From Pseudomonadota bacterium (lineage in GTDB: Bacteria; Babelota; Babeliae; Babelales; CAIQNR01), in assembly GCA_027487215.1 (NCBI GenBank), contig JAIYDZ010000006.1:275892-339891 (forward strand): a stretch of DNA of 64,000 nt, read 5' to 3'. This document shows, one piece after another, positions 9,042 to 17,584 of this stretch (positions are counted from its first letter, which is position 1; each line of letters begins with the position of its first letter). The notes beneath the pieces were generated by a model, which worked only from the letters and a program-made list of their open reading frames with translations, did no database searches and was not told where the DNA came from. The position numbers and the translations under genes are program-made.

Positions 9042-9625
9042 ATTTCTTTACGATAGTGATTGAAATCTCGCTCTGAGCCAACCACTTCAAATCCTAATCG
9101 TGTGTATACTTTGTGCGCAGTCGTGTTAGTAGTACGTGTTGCAAGCCTTACCACCTTTGCGCCTAATTTTTTAAGATCAGCTATGGCATAGTTAACAAGT
9201 TGATCGGCATAACGTTTACCACGCGCATCTTTATCAACTGCAATAAACTGAACACGACCAGTTAAAGAATTGAGCATGTAATAGGTTCCAAACCCTACCG
9301 GTTTACCATCAGCATGCAAAGCAATAATTTTCAATTTACCACTGTAATCTTGATAATAGTGCTTTCCAGGTGTGTGCGTATCAAGCATGAAATCAACATC
9401 AAAATCTGCAGGCTCAACAAGCAAGAACCAATTTTCATTAAACTGCTTTTTAATAAATGCTTTATGAAACTCGGGTACATACTGATTGATTCCATCAGCT
9501 TTAAAAGTCGGACGTCCTGATAAAAAGCTTGGCAGAAAACTACTACGAGGGACAAAAAACAATGTACCTGCCCCAATACAAAGACCAACCGATAAAATTT
9601 GTATGATACGTTTTGCATTCATCAA
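9038..9625 (-). CDS. GNAT-family N-acetyltransferase with N-terminal membrane anchor
   Basis: VQFIAVDKDARGKRYADQLVNYAIADLKKLGAKVVRLATRTTNTTAHKVYTRLGFE is a GNAT acetyl-CoA-binding core. Hydrophobic N-terminus. Confidence 0.7.
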   Translation of the reverse strand: MMNAKRIIQILSVGLCIGAGTLFFVPRSSFLPSFLSGRPTFKADGINQYVPEFHKAFIKKQFNENWFLLVEPADFDVDFMLDTHTPGKHYYQDYSGKLKIIALHADGKPVGFGTYYMLNSLTGRVQFIAVDKDARGKRYADQLVNYAIADLKKLGAKVVRLATRTTNTTAHKVYTRLGFEVVGSERDFNHYRKEI

Positions 9626-9632
9626 ACACCCT

Positions 9633-10385
9633 TTAATTGAAATATTCTATATGCTTGAGCGAAAGTCCTTTTGGATCGGCACACACCAAACCATGCAAAG
9701 CTTTTTTCTCAGCAAACACTCGCTTAATATCAGTTTCACTCATTTGTGGTTTTGATGCAATTGTTAATGATGCACCTACAATCCGACGAACCATGTAACG
9801 CAAAAAAGAATGTCCCACAATTTTAATAGTATACGCGCCCGTTTTTTGACAGTGCGTAAGTGTAATACTTTCAATTGTTCTTACCGTGTCTCGCTCTTCT
9901 TCCTCTTTGCAAAAGCCGCGAAAGTCATGAGTTCCAACAAACATTGAAAGCGTACGAGCAAGTTTCGTGTGATCAAATTTAAAAGGATAATACCACCCAA
10001 ACCGCTGCGTTAATGGATCTGGTCTTTGAGTAAAAAAAGTGTATTGATATACCTTATGTTTTACATGGGCATGAGGATGAAATTGCTCATCAACTTTTTC
10101 GATACTATTAATAATAATATCAGCAGGTAATGCATTATTAAACACCCACTGCATTTTTTCAGGAATAAGATTAAGTTGTGTTTCTACAAGAACAACCTGA
10201 CCCGAAGCATGCACACCCGCATCAGTGCGCGAAGCACCAAGTATAAATACATTTTCTTGGCTAAAAACGCGTAAAAATGTTTCTCGCAAAACGCCTTCAA
10301 CCGTTACCATTCCAGGTTGCCATTGCCACCCAAAATAATCGGTTCCATCGTAAGAAATAGTCATTTTATAAAAATACAGAGACAC
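9633..10385 (-). CDS. truA: tRNA pseudouridine(38-40) synthase
   Basis: ISYDGTDYFGWQWQPG and GASRTDAGVHA catalytic block. Confidence 0.9.
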   Translation of the reverse strand: MSLYFYKMTISYDGTDYFGWQWQPGMVTVEGVLRETFLRVFSQENVFILGASRTDAGVHASGQVVLVETQLNLIPEKMQWVFNNALPADIIINSIEKVDEQFHPHAHVKHKVYQYTFFTQRPDPLTQRFGWYYPFKFDHTKLARTLSMFVGTHDFRGFCKEEEERDTVRTIESITLTHCQKTGAYTIKIVGHSFLRYMVRRIVGASLTIASKPQMSETDIKRVFAEKKALHGLVCADPKGLSLKHIEYFN

Positions 10386-10468
10386 TAAAAAACACTCCCC
10401 TAAAAAGCTCTACAAAAGAAAAGAGTCCCTCATTAAAGAAGAACTCTTTAAAACTTTACATGCAGTAA

Positions 10469-10744
10469 TTAGCGTTGCGTTGCACAGTATGGCAACAATG
10501 CCATTGTACGAGCAAGTTTAATTGCTATTGAAAGTTCACGTTGTTTTAAGGCAGTGTTGCCAGAAATACGTGAAGGTAAAATTTTACCACGCTCAGTCAA
10601 AAAGCTTTTTAGCAAATCAGTATCTTTGTAATCGATAAACTGTACAGAGGTAAGTCTGCAATGCTTTCTTTGGCCTGCACCAAAACGTTTGTTACGTTTT
10701 TTAACAAGACGAGAACTGATTTTTATTTTTAATTTCTTAACCAT
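10469..10744 (-). CDS. rpsR: 30S ribosomal protein S18
   Basis: [51 protein letters not shown] is canonical bS18. Confidence 0.92.
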   Translation of the reverse strand: MVKKLKIKISSRLVKKRNKRFGAGQRKHCRLTSVQFIDYKDTDLLKSFLTERGKILPSRISGNTALKQRELSIAIKLARTMALLPYCATQR

Positions 10745-11211
10745 TATGCCATTCCTTCATCGTCTGACTCGTCATCACCAAATCCACCATCTTTACGGTC
10801 TGAACCAGAAGAACGGAGTCCTTCCATGTTGTTATCGCGTAAGAATGAGTCAACATCACGAGCAGGAGCATCTTCAACTGATTGAGGACGTCTGTACTCA
10901 AGTGTTTGACCTGGTTCTAGTCTGACTAAAACATGGCGCATAATCATATCGTTGAATTTAACGGTAAACGCTGTCTTGATTTCTTCAAAAACAACTTTAT
11001 CTGTTTCGACATCAAAACGTGTCAAAAAGTATACACCGTAATCATTTTTTCTGACTGGGTAAGCCAAACGGCATTTGCCCCAACGTTCAAAAGAAAGGAC
11101 TTCGCCTTTTCCTTTTTTAATAATATCAGCCAAACCTTTTTCAAGGTTTGTCGCTTCGTCACCGGTAATTGCCGGAACAGCAAGCATCAAAATCTCATAG
11201 CGATTCATCAT
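10744..11211 (-). CDS. rpsF: 30S ribosomal protein S6
   Basis: [12 protein letters not shown]...[19 protein letters not shown] core with an acidic tail ending [10 protein letters not shown]. Its stop overlaps the rpsR start by 1 nt (TAATG). Confidence 0.85.
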   Translation of the reverse strand: MMNRYEILMLAVPAITGDEATNLEKGLADIIKKGKGEVLSFERWGKCRLAYPVRKNDYGVYFLTRFDVETDKVVFEEIKTAFTVKFNDMIMRHVLVRLEPGQTLEYRRPQSVEDAPARDVDSFLRDNNMEGLRSSGSDRKDGGFGDDESDDEGMA

Positions 11212-11420
11212 ATCGCAAAACCTTATAATAACGCGGTTACCAATTGGAAACGCAGCTTAAAACTGCGTTATACAAGCCCACAACCGCTTTTTGAGAAACT
11301 TGTATTTAGAAAACCATGAAAGAAATTGTAACAGAATATCAAAAAAAATCGAGCTTTACCCATTACCACTTGTTTGATAGCTATAAAACATTTAATAATA
11401 AGCTCAGAGAGAGGTTTTTA

Positions 11421-11450
11421 TTGCAACCAGACCTCTCAGTTCTTTACACT
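11421..11450 (+). promoter_or_regulatory. Putative sigma70-type promoter of the ankyrin run
   Basis: TTGCAA (11421-26), 18-nt spacer, TACACT (11445-50), then ATTAAATGGAAC (11454-65). Same architecture upstream of 13934, 53056(-) and 63388. Confidence 0.4.
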
Positions 11451-11498
11451 GATATTAAATGGAACAAATAAGGTAAAAAAGTTTGGATGGAGGTTATT

Positions 11499-12017
11499 AT
11501 GAATAAATTACACGTATTTTTCTTATTAAGTCTTGTTACTACTCAGGCCGTCGCAGAGACAGTTCTCATGAAAGCTGTTACCGATTGCCATAAAGAGCGT
11601 AACAGCCTCGCATCACTAAATCAATTAACCGTTGTTTTAGGGGGAGACTCTAGATTTGACGAGTCCGACGACGGTATGACTCCTCTTTATTATGCTGTTA
11701 TGACAAGGAATGAAGAGGTTCTTGGACTATTACTTAATAGAGGGAAAGGAGATGTTAACTATAGATTAAATAGTGATGATGAATCTATACCCACCTACAC
11801 AGCATTAATGAAAGCAGTAGAAATAGGATCTGAATTAATGGTTGCAATGCTTTTAAATAAAGGTGCAAATCCGCACGTAATCTCTTATGCCAGTGTAGTA
11901 GGCAATAATGATGATAGTGAAGAGGTTGCACAAACAACTCCACTTGAATGGGCCCGCGCAAAAGGTGATAGACCTCAGATTGTAAGACTGCTTGAATCAG
12001 TTAAAGTTGCGGCATAA
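11499..12017 (+). CDS. Secreted ankyrin-repeat protein
   Basis: GGAGG lies 5 nt before ATG 11499. Signal peptide MNKLHVFFLLSLVTTQAVA. ANK blocks: DGMTPLYYAVMTRNEEVLGLLLNRG and TALMKAVEIGSELMVAMLLNKGANP. Confidence 0.8.
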   Translation: MNKLHVFFLLSLVTTQAVAETVLMKAVTDCHKERNSLASLNQLTVVLGGDSRFDESDDGMTPLYYAVMTRNEEVLGLLLNRGKGDVNYRLNSDDESIPTYTALMKAVEIGSELMVAMLLNKGANPHVISYASVVGNNDDSEEVAQTTPLEWARAKGDRPQIVRLLESVKVAA

Positions 12018-12056
12018 AAACAAAAATTTATTAAAAAAGTAAAAAGGAAAATTGTA

Positions 12057-13694
12057 ATGAATAAAAAACAACTCTTAGCGTTTTTATTTTTGACAAACTT
12101 AACTCAACAAATCTTTGCAAGTGACTATAACAACCTTTTAAACGCAGTACACAACAACCTTAAAGACGAAGTAGAATTATTACTCAATAATAACACAAAT
12201 AACAATATTCATTTCACTAAAACGGAACTGGGTCATGCCCTTACTGAAGCTCTCAGGGAAAAAAATCAAGCTATAGCAAGAATTCTTCTTTCTTATGATC
12301 CTGAAGTAAATATATTTAATGAATACCAAGCAACACCTTTATTATATGCTGCTAGAAATGATTACGATGAGGTTGTAAAAGATTTAATTGCAAGAAAAGC
12401 ACAAGTTGATGCAGAAACTACAGATAAACAGACAGCTTTAATAGAAGCAGCTCAGTTTAATAGTCTGAAAAGCGTTAAGGCTCTTCTTGAAGCTGGAGCC
12501 AACGTTAACGCACAATCTCAAGACAAAATGACTGCTTTAATGTTTGCTGCAAACAATGGTAATGCAGAAATGGTTGAGATGCTTCTTAAAAATGCTGCTG
12601 ATCGTAATATAAAAAATAATTTAGGTAAAACAGCATTAGATTACGCAAAAAAAGAATCAGTAAGAATTTTGCTGCAAACAGCTTTTAGCGCTCAACTTTC
12701 AACAGCTATAAAAAATCACAAAGAAGATGAAGTAGAATTATTACTTAAAACTAGCACAAACAATAATACTTATTTCACTAAAACAGAACTTGGTCATGCT
12801 CTTACCGAAGCTCTCATGAGAGAAAATCAAGCTATAGCAAGAATTCTTCTTTCTTATGATCCTGAAGTAAATATATTTAATGAATACCAAGCAACACCGT
12901 TATTATATGCTGCTAGAAATGGTTACGATGAGGTTGTAAGAGATTTAATTGAAAGAAAAGCACAAGTTGATGTAGAAACTACAGATAAACAGACACCTTT
13001 AATAAAAGCAGTTGACTTTAATCGTTTTGAAAGTGTTAAAATTCTTCTTGAAGCTGGAGCCAATGTTAACGCACAATCTCAAGATAGAATGACCGCTTTA
13101 ATGTTTGCTGCAAACAATGGTAATGCAGAAATGGTTGAGATGCTTCTTAAAAACGGCGCGGATAGTACTATAAAAGATAATTTAGGCAAAACAGCACTAG
13201 ACTATGCTAAAAATGAATCAGTCAAATTTTTGCTTAAAACAGATCTGAGCACTCAACTTTCAACAGCTATAAAAAATCACAAAGAAAATAGAGTTGAATT
13301 ATTACTTACAAGCGGCGCTGATGTTAATTTTAAAACCGAAGCAATAGAACCGGTTATTATTACTGCACTTTATGAACAAAACAAAGCAATTATTAAAATA
13401 ATTCTTTCGTACAACCCTCAAGCTAACGTCGCTAATCAAAATGGCACAACACCATTAATGTTTGCTGCTATTGCTGGCTATGACTATATGATAGAGGATC
13501 TAGTTAAAAATGGGGCACAAATTAACGCACAAGACCAAAAAGGAAGAACTGCTTTAATGATTGCCGCAGATAATGATCATCTAATAACCGTTAAAGCTCT
13601 TCTTGATAACGGCGCAGATAAGACACTCAAAGACCGCAACCAAAAAACAGCTTTTAATTATGCTAAAGATAACGAAATTAAAAAACTCCTTTAA
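12057..13694 (+). CDS. Secreted ankyrin-repeat protein (545 aa) built from a triplicated 187-aa module
   Basis: Signal peptide MNKKQLLAFLFLTNLTQQIFA. More than 10 ANK consensus blocks, e.g. TALMFAANNGNAEMVEMLLKNGAD and TPLLYAARNGYDEVVRDLI. Confidence 0.85.
   Translation: MNKKQLLAFLFLTNLTQQIFASDYNNLLNAVHNNLKDEVELLLNNNTNNNIHFTKTELGHALTEALREKNQAIARILLSYDPEVNIFNEYQATPLLYAARNDYDEVVKDLIARKAQVDAETTDKQTALIEAAQFNSLKSVKALLEAGANVNAQSQDKMTALMFAANNGNAEMVEMLLKNAADRNIKNNLGKTALDYAKKESVRILLQTAFSAQLSTAIKNHKEDEVELLLKTSTNNNTYFTKTELGHALTEALMRENQAIARILLSYDPEVNIFNEYQATPLLYAARNGYDEVVRDLIERKAQVDVETTDKQTPLIKAVDFNRFESVKILLEAGANVNAQSQDRMTALMFAANNGNAEMVEMLLKNGADSTIKDNLGKTALDYAKNESVKFLLKTDLSTQLSTAIKNHKENRVELLLTSGADVNFKTEAIEPVIITALYEQNKAIIKIILSYNPQANVANQNGTTPLMFAAIAGYDYMIEDLVKNGAQINAQDQKGRTALMIAADNDHLITVKALLDNGADKTLKDRNQKTAFNYAKDNEIKKLL
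12168..13289. repeat. Intragenic tandem duplication, 561-bp unit x2, plus a diverged third copy at 13290-13691
   Basis: GAAGTAGAATTATTACT recurs at 12168 and 12729. The diverged third-copy counterpart (AGAGTTGAATTATTACT) starts at 13290, giving a 561-bp period (187 codons). One identical run of ~75 nt: AATCAAGCTATAGCAAGAATTCTTCTTTCTTATGATCCTGAAGTAAATATATTTAATGAATACCAAGCAACACC. Confidence 0.9.
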
Positions 13695-13736
13695 AACTAA
13701 AAAAGCATAATTAAAAGTAACAATAAGCATATTTTA

Positions 13737-13772
13737 AGAGGCTCACCGTAAAATTACCGTAAGCCTCTTTTT
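13737..13772 (+). terminator. Rho-independent terminator
   Basis: AGAGGCT (13737-43) pairs with AGCCTCT (13762-68), followed by TTTTT. Confidence 0.6.
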
Positions 13773-13854
13773 GTTGAGAAAGATTTTCTTAACGGTATAC
13801 TTAAAAACCCCTACAAGCAAAAACTCTCAAAATAAGCTCACAGTCAGGTTTTTA

Positions 13855-13884
13855 TTGCTACGACCAGTACGCTTTATATATAAT
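13855..13884 (+). promoter_or_regulatory. Putative sigma70-type promoter
   Basis: TTGCTA (13855-60), 18-nt spacer, TATAAT (13879-84), then ATTAAATGGATC (13888-99). Preceded by AGGTTTTTA, as at 11411. Confidence 0.45.
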
Positions 13885-13933
13885 AAAATTAAATGGATCA
13901 AAAGCTCTTGATGAGCTTTAAGCGGAGGTTATT

Positions 13934-14560
13934 ATGACTACAAAAAAATTTTTCGCCCTTATTTTTCTTACCACCCTTACTCAATCGGTCTTTGCAGGGC
14001 CTAATGAAAACCTTTTAAAAGCTATACAAGAGCAGGATTTTAAAAAAGCAGAACAAGCTCTCAATGAGGAAGCTGATGTCAACTATACCTATCAGAACGG
14101 ATACTCTCCTTTACTACAAGCTACAGAAAATAAAAATACTCCTATAGCATCATTACTCCTTAAAAGAGGAGCAACCGTAGACTTTCAAACTCGCTTGGGA
14201 AGTACTTCTTTAATGTTTGCCGCTTCAAATAATGATCTTAGAACAGCAACTTTGCTTATTAATTACAAGGCTAATGTTTTACTCAGACAAAGAGATACCA
14301 CCAATTTTAAAGGTAAAATAATCAAAGGCGAGACCGCTCTGGAAATTGCTAAAAGAAAAGCACACCTCTATATGGATACTAAGGGTGAAGCTATAGTAGA
14401 TCCAGAAAACTTTACAGACAATGAAATTTTGCAAAAATCACTTGAAATTGCAGAGCAAGAGCAACAGAAAAAAATCTCTGTAGCAACAGAAATAAAAGAT
14501 TCTAGGCATGATTCAGCAATTGATCTGTTTCAAGAAGGACAGGCTGCTCAGAATGAATAA
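13934..14560 (+). CDS. Secreted ankyrin-repeat protein
   Basis: GGAGGTTATTATG start context. Signal peptide MTTKKFFALIFLTTLTQSVFA. ANK blocks: SPLLQATENKNTPIASLLLKRGA and TSLMFAASNNDLRTATLLINYKAN. Confidence 0.8.
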   Translation: MTTKKFFALIFLTTLTQSVFAGPNENLLKAIQEQDFKKAEQALNEEADVNYTYQNGYSPLLQATENKNTPIASLLLKRGATVDFQTRLGSTSLMFAASNNDLRTATLLINYKANVLLRQRDTTNFKGKIIKGETALEIAKRKAHLYMDTKGEAIVDPENFTDNEILQKSLEIAEQEQQKKISVATEIKDSRHDSAIDLFQEGQAAQNE

Positions 14561-14583
14561 TTGAGTAAAAATAGGGGATGGTT

Positions 14584-15264
14584 ATGAAGCTAAAAAACAT
14601 GATTATTGTAAGTGTACTTCTCGTGCAAAGTAGTTATTTATTACAAGCAAATTATAATACAGACATCACACAAGAAAATGATATGAATACAGATCTGCAA
14701 GAGATCAATAATGATGCTACTATCAGTTATGAAGCAAGCAAAGCACTGTGGAATGCATTACAAGAAAATGACACCGCTGCGGCTCAACAAGCAATTAATG
14801 ATGGTGCTGATATCGATATTTCTAATGAAGACGGATTTACTGCTTTGATGTTTGCAGCCGGTCAAAAAAATCTCGCTATCGTGCAGGAACTCCTTGAAAA
14901 AGGGGCTGATACTACTGCCCGCGATAAATATAATAAAACAGTATTACTGCAGATGTCTGAAAGAGGCATAGAAGATATTAACAAAGCACTTTTACAAAAA
15001 GATGCTAACGGCAAACCTGCATGTAACCCTAATGAAGCGGATCAATTTGGCAAAACTCCTTTAATGCACGCGGCACAAAGAAGCTATACTCCTCTGGTCA
15101 TAATGCTTATAGAGGCAGGAGCAGATACCTTAGCAATAGATAGTATCGGCCGCTCAGCTCTTTTTTATGCACGAGAAGCCCGTAACGCAGGAATTGTTGA
15201 TCTGCTCAGCAAAAACGAAGAATTACGCCACCATGACTCAAGCCAAAACCAGCTTGAAGCATAG
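14584..15264 (+). CDS. Secreted ankyrin-repeat protein
   Basis: AGGGG lies 6 nt before ATG 14584. Hydrophobic N-terminus MKLKNMIIVSVLLVQSSYLLQA. ANK blocks: TALMFAAGQKNLAIVQELLEKGAD and TPLMHAAQRSYTPLVIMLIEAGAD. Confidence 0.8.
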   Translation: MKLKNMIIVSVLLVQSSYLLQANYNTDITQENDMNTDLQEINNDATISYEASKALWNALQENDTAAAQQAINDGADIDISNEDGFTALMFAAGQKNLAIVQELLEKGADTTARDKYNKTVLLQMSERGIEDINKALLQKDANGKPACNPNEADQFGKTPLMHAAQRSYTPLVIMLIEAGADTLAIDSIGRSALFYAREARNAGIVDLLSKNEELRHHDSSQNQLEA

Positions 15265-15429
15265 GACCTAGCAAGAAATTTCCATCTTTTGTAATTATGT
15301 TATAATCCTTCATGCGATACTTTACAGACCGTTTTGTAAAACAATCCGTGGGGGATTTTTCTATAAATACCAGTTTAATAAGAATGGTTGTCTTATTATC
15401 ACCTACCAGAAATTAAAAGGCTCTCCTCT

Positions 15430-16062
15430 ATGATCCGAATCTTTTTGATAATCGTGGTATCAACCGCAGTTACTTCTCTTTGTGCCGCAGAAAAAAAATC
15501 TAAATCTATTTCTTTCATTGTTAAAACCGACTCAAAAAAGCTCGATGTAACAAACGTTATAAAAGCATTTGAAAAAGGTAAATTTAGTACTCTTGCATCT
15601 ACAGCACAAAAACATCAGCTACGCGCAGACACGATTTTTAAAAGCCATAATGCACCTGAACGTTTTTGCTCTACCCTCCTTCACGTTGCTACTGCTTTAC
15701 CCACCAGCTCTGGCCTTCAGAAAATCTTAGAGGCAAAAATTCCATACAATATAAACATCACAGATAGTTGGGGAAAAACACCTCTGCATCTAGCAATTGA
15801 GAATGGTAATGAAAAAGCAGTCAGTCTTTTACTTGCTTATGGAGCAAATATAACGGTGCAAGATAAAGATAAAGAAACAGCTCTCACCTTGGCTCAAAAA
15901 TCTAGAAACCAGACTATTTTAAAGACGGTTACGACTCATCGAGATAAAGTTGTCGAAACATTGCTAGAAACTCTCAAAAATGATCCCTCGCAACAAGCTC
16001 TTTATAAGAAATGCAAACATGCGGTAAGTCAGTGGTATGAAAACAATAATCCCCGGCAATGA
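15430..16062 (+). CDS. Secreted/anchored ankyrin-repeat protein
   Basis: ATG 15430 (MIRIFLIIVVSTAVTSLCAA) is preferred over the TTG at 15388. ANK block TPLHLAIENGNEKAVSLLLAYGANITVQDKDKETALTLA. Confidence 0.7.
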   Translation: MIRIFLIIVVSTAVTSLCAAEKKSKSISFIVKTDSKKLDVTNVIKAFEKGKFSTLASTAQKHQLRADTIFKSHNAPERFCSTLLHVATALPTSSGLQKILEAKIPYNINITDSWGKTPLHLAIENGNEKAVSLLLAYGANITVQDKDKETALTLAQKSRNQTILKTVTTHRDKVVETLLETLKNDPSQQALYKKCKHAVSQWYENNNPRQ

Positions 16063-16108
16063 CAAGCATTAACCAGGGATCTTTGTTTTTAAAATCTTTT
16101 AAAAAATT

Positions 16109-16780
16109 TTAAATATATTTCTGAATTTTTTGAACCACGCGGCCAATAATTCTGAAATGATCTTTACCACGAACAAGCGCAACCGGTGGTTGCTTTCTGC
16201 TTGGCGCTTCAAGAACAATAAAATCTTCACTAAACGTAACTTGCATGACTGCTTTAATTGGTGCTTCGTTGCCATATTCAACAGCAGCGATATCACCCGA
16301 GCGGGTCCACACTTCAGGAGAAACGATTAAGTAATCACCTTTTACAAATGCAGGAGCCAACAAGTTATTATCAACGGCAAGTGCAAACATTGCTGCATCA
16401 GAAGTATTTAAAATCGGAATAAATACATCTTTGTACCCAGTGGTCGTCTGCATAAGTTGATTGTTGTACGGTGATGGATTTGAAGGAATTTCTCCTACAA
16501 TCGGCACCACATGTACTTTCAATTCAATATCAGACTTTTCTGGCATACTCACATTGCTGTCAATATTGTCAGTTCTGTTACGACGTTCTGCAAACAAGTC
16601 GATAGGACTTATTTCAAACGCATTTGCTAATTTTCTTAAAGAATCTTCGTTCCAACGACGAGTGCCGTTTTTAATGTGGGTCAAATAACTTTCAGACATT
16701 CCTGTTTTTTCAGCAAGAATTTTTGTCGTCCAGCCTTTTTCGCGCAAAAGTTCCTTGACCCGTAGCGCTGTTGATGACAT
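16109..16780 (-). CDS. XRE-family HTH regulator fused to a LexA/S24-like C-domain that lacks the Ser nucleophile
   Basis: N-terminus LRVKELLREKGWTTKILAEKTGMSESYLTHIKNGTRRW is an XRE HTH. The C-terminus aligns to the LexA cleavage domain, but VSGMSM is replaced by VDNNLL (Ser to Leu). The Lys position (PIKAVM) is retained. Confidence 0.65.
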   Translation of the reverse strand: MSSTALRVKELLREKGWTTKILAEKTGMSESYLTHIKNGTRRWNEDSLRKLANAFEISPIDLFAERRNRTDNIDSNVSMPEKSDIELKVHVVPIVGEIPSNPSPYNNQLMQTTTGYKDVFIPILNTSDAAMFALAVDNNLLAPAFVKGDYLIVSPEVWTRSGDIAAVEYGNEAPIKAVMQVTFSEDFIVLEAPSRKQPPVALVRGKDHFRIIGRVVQKIQKYI

Positions 16781-16876
16781 GCTTTACTCCTCCCTATCTG
16801 AGTAACTATTTAAGAGTAACATAGGGTTAACACTGCGATTATTTTCTAATTGTACAGTTAAAGATAAAGTTGTCAA

Positions 16877-17584
16877 ATGGAAAAGATTTATACAAAAATT
16901 AGCCCTAAAATTGCCCTTCCTTCAGAGACGACCTTTGAACTGGAAACATGGGGTAAAAACCAACTTTTAAGCGGGATTGATGAGGTAGGAAGAGGTTGTT
17001 TGGCAGGCCCAGTAGTAGCCTGTTGCCTCGTTTTAAAGCCCCACAAGCTGCACCCTTTACTGAGAGACTCAAAAATTCTAACTGAAAATCAAAGAATGGT
17101 GGCTGCCCAGTGGATTAAACTCAACTCCTGGTATGGTATAGGGATCATACCTCATACCATTATTGATCGTGACAACATTTATCAAGCAACCAAGCAGGCA
17201 ATGCGACGCGCATATTATCAACTTGTCCATCACCCAGAATTGCCCATGATTCCCTCAACCGTCATTATTGATGCTATGCCTCTTTCTTTTGAAAATAATG
17301 TTACGGTGCACTCGTTTACTAAAGGGGAACAGCGCTCTGCTTGCGTTGCTGCCGCTTCAATTATTGCAAAAGTAACACGCGATGCACTCATGCAACGAAT
17401 TGATTCCACCTTTTCTGGCTATGGCTTTGCAAGTAATAAAGGCTATGGCAGCGCACCGATTCATCAACAAGCTCTACACTCACAGGGCCCTTGCTTAATT
17501 CATAGAAAAACATTTCTTTCGTCATTTTTGAGTGAAAGGGTAAGTCTTGGAGACTCGGCACAGCAAACATCGTTATTTTGCTGA
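16877..17584 (+). CDS. rnhB: Ribonuclease HII
   Basis: GIDEVGRGCLAGPVVA and DSKILTENQR blocks. Confidence 0.9.
   Translation: MEKIYTKISPKIALPSETTFELETWGKNQLLSGIDEVGRGCLAGPVVACCLVLKPHKLHPLLRDSKILTENQRMVAAQWIKLNSWYGIGIIPHTIIDRDNIYQATKQAMRRAYYQLVHHPELPMIPSTVIIDAMPLSFENNVTVHSFTKGEQRSACVAAASIIAKVTRDALMQRIDSTFSGYGFASNKGYGSAPIHQQALHSQGPCLIHRKTFLSSFLSERVSLGDSAQQTSLFC

Noticed and set aside
16781-16876. SOS (LexA) operator upstream of the LexA-like gene
   Set aside because: No CTGT-N8-ACAG (Gram-negative type) or GAAC-N4-GTTC (Cheo-box type) sequence is present. There is only a GAGTAAC direct repeat and a GTTAAC palindrome, reported as an observation rather than as an operator feature.
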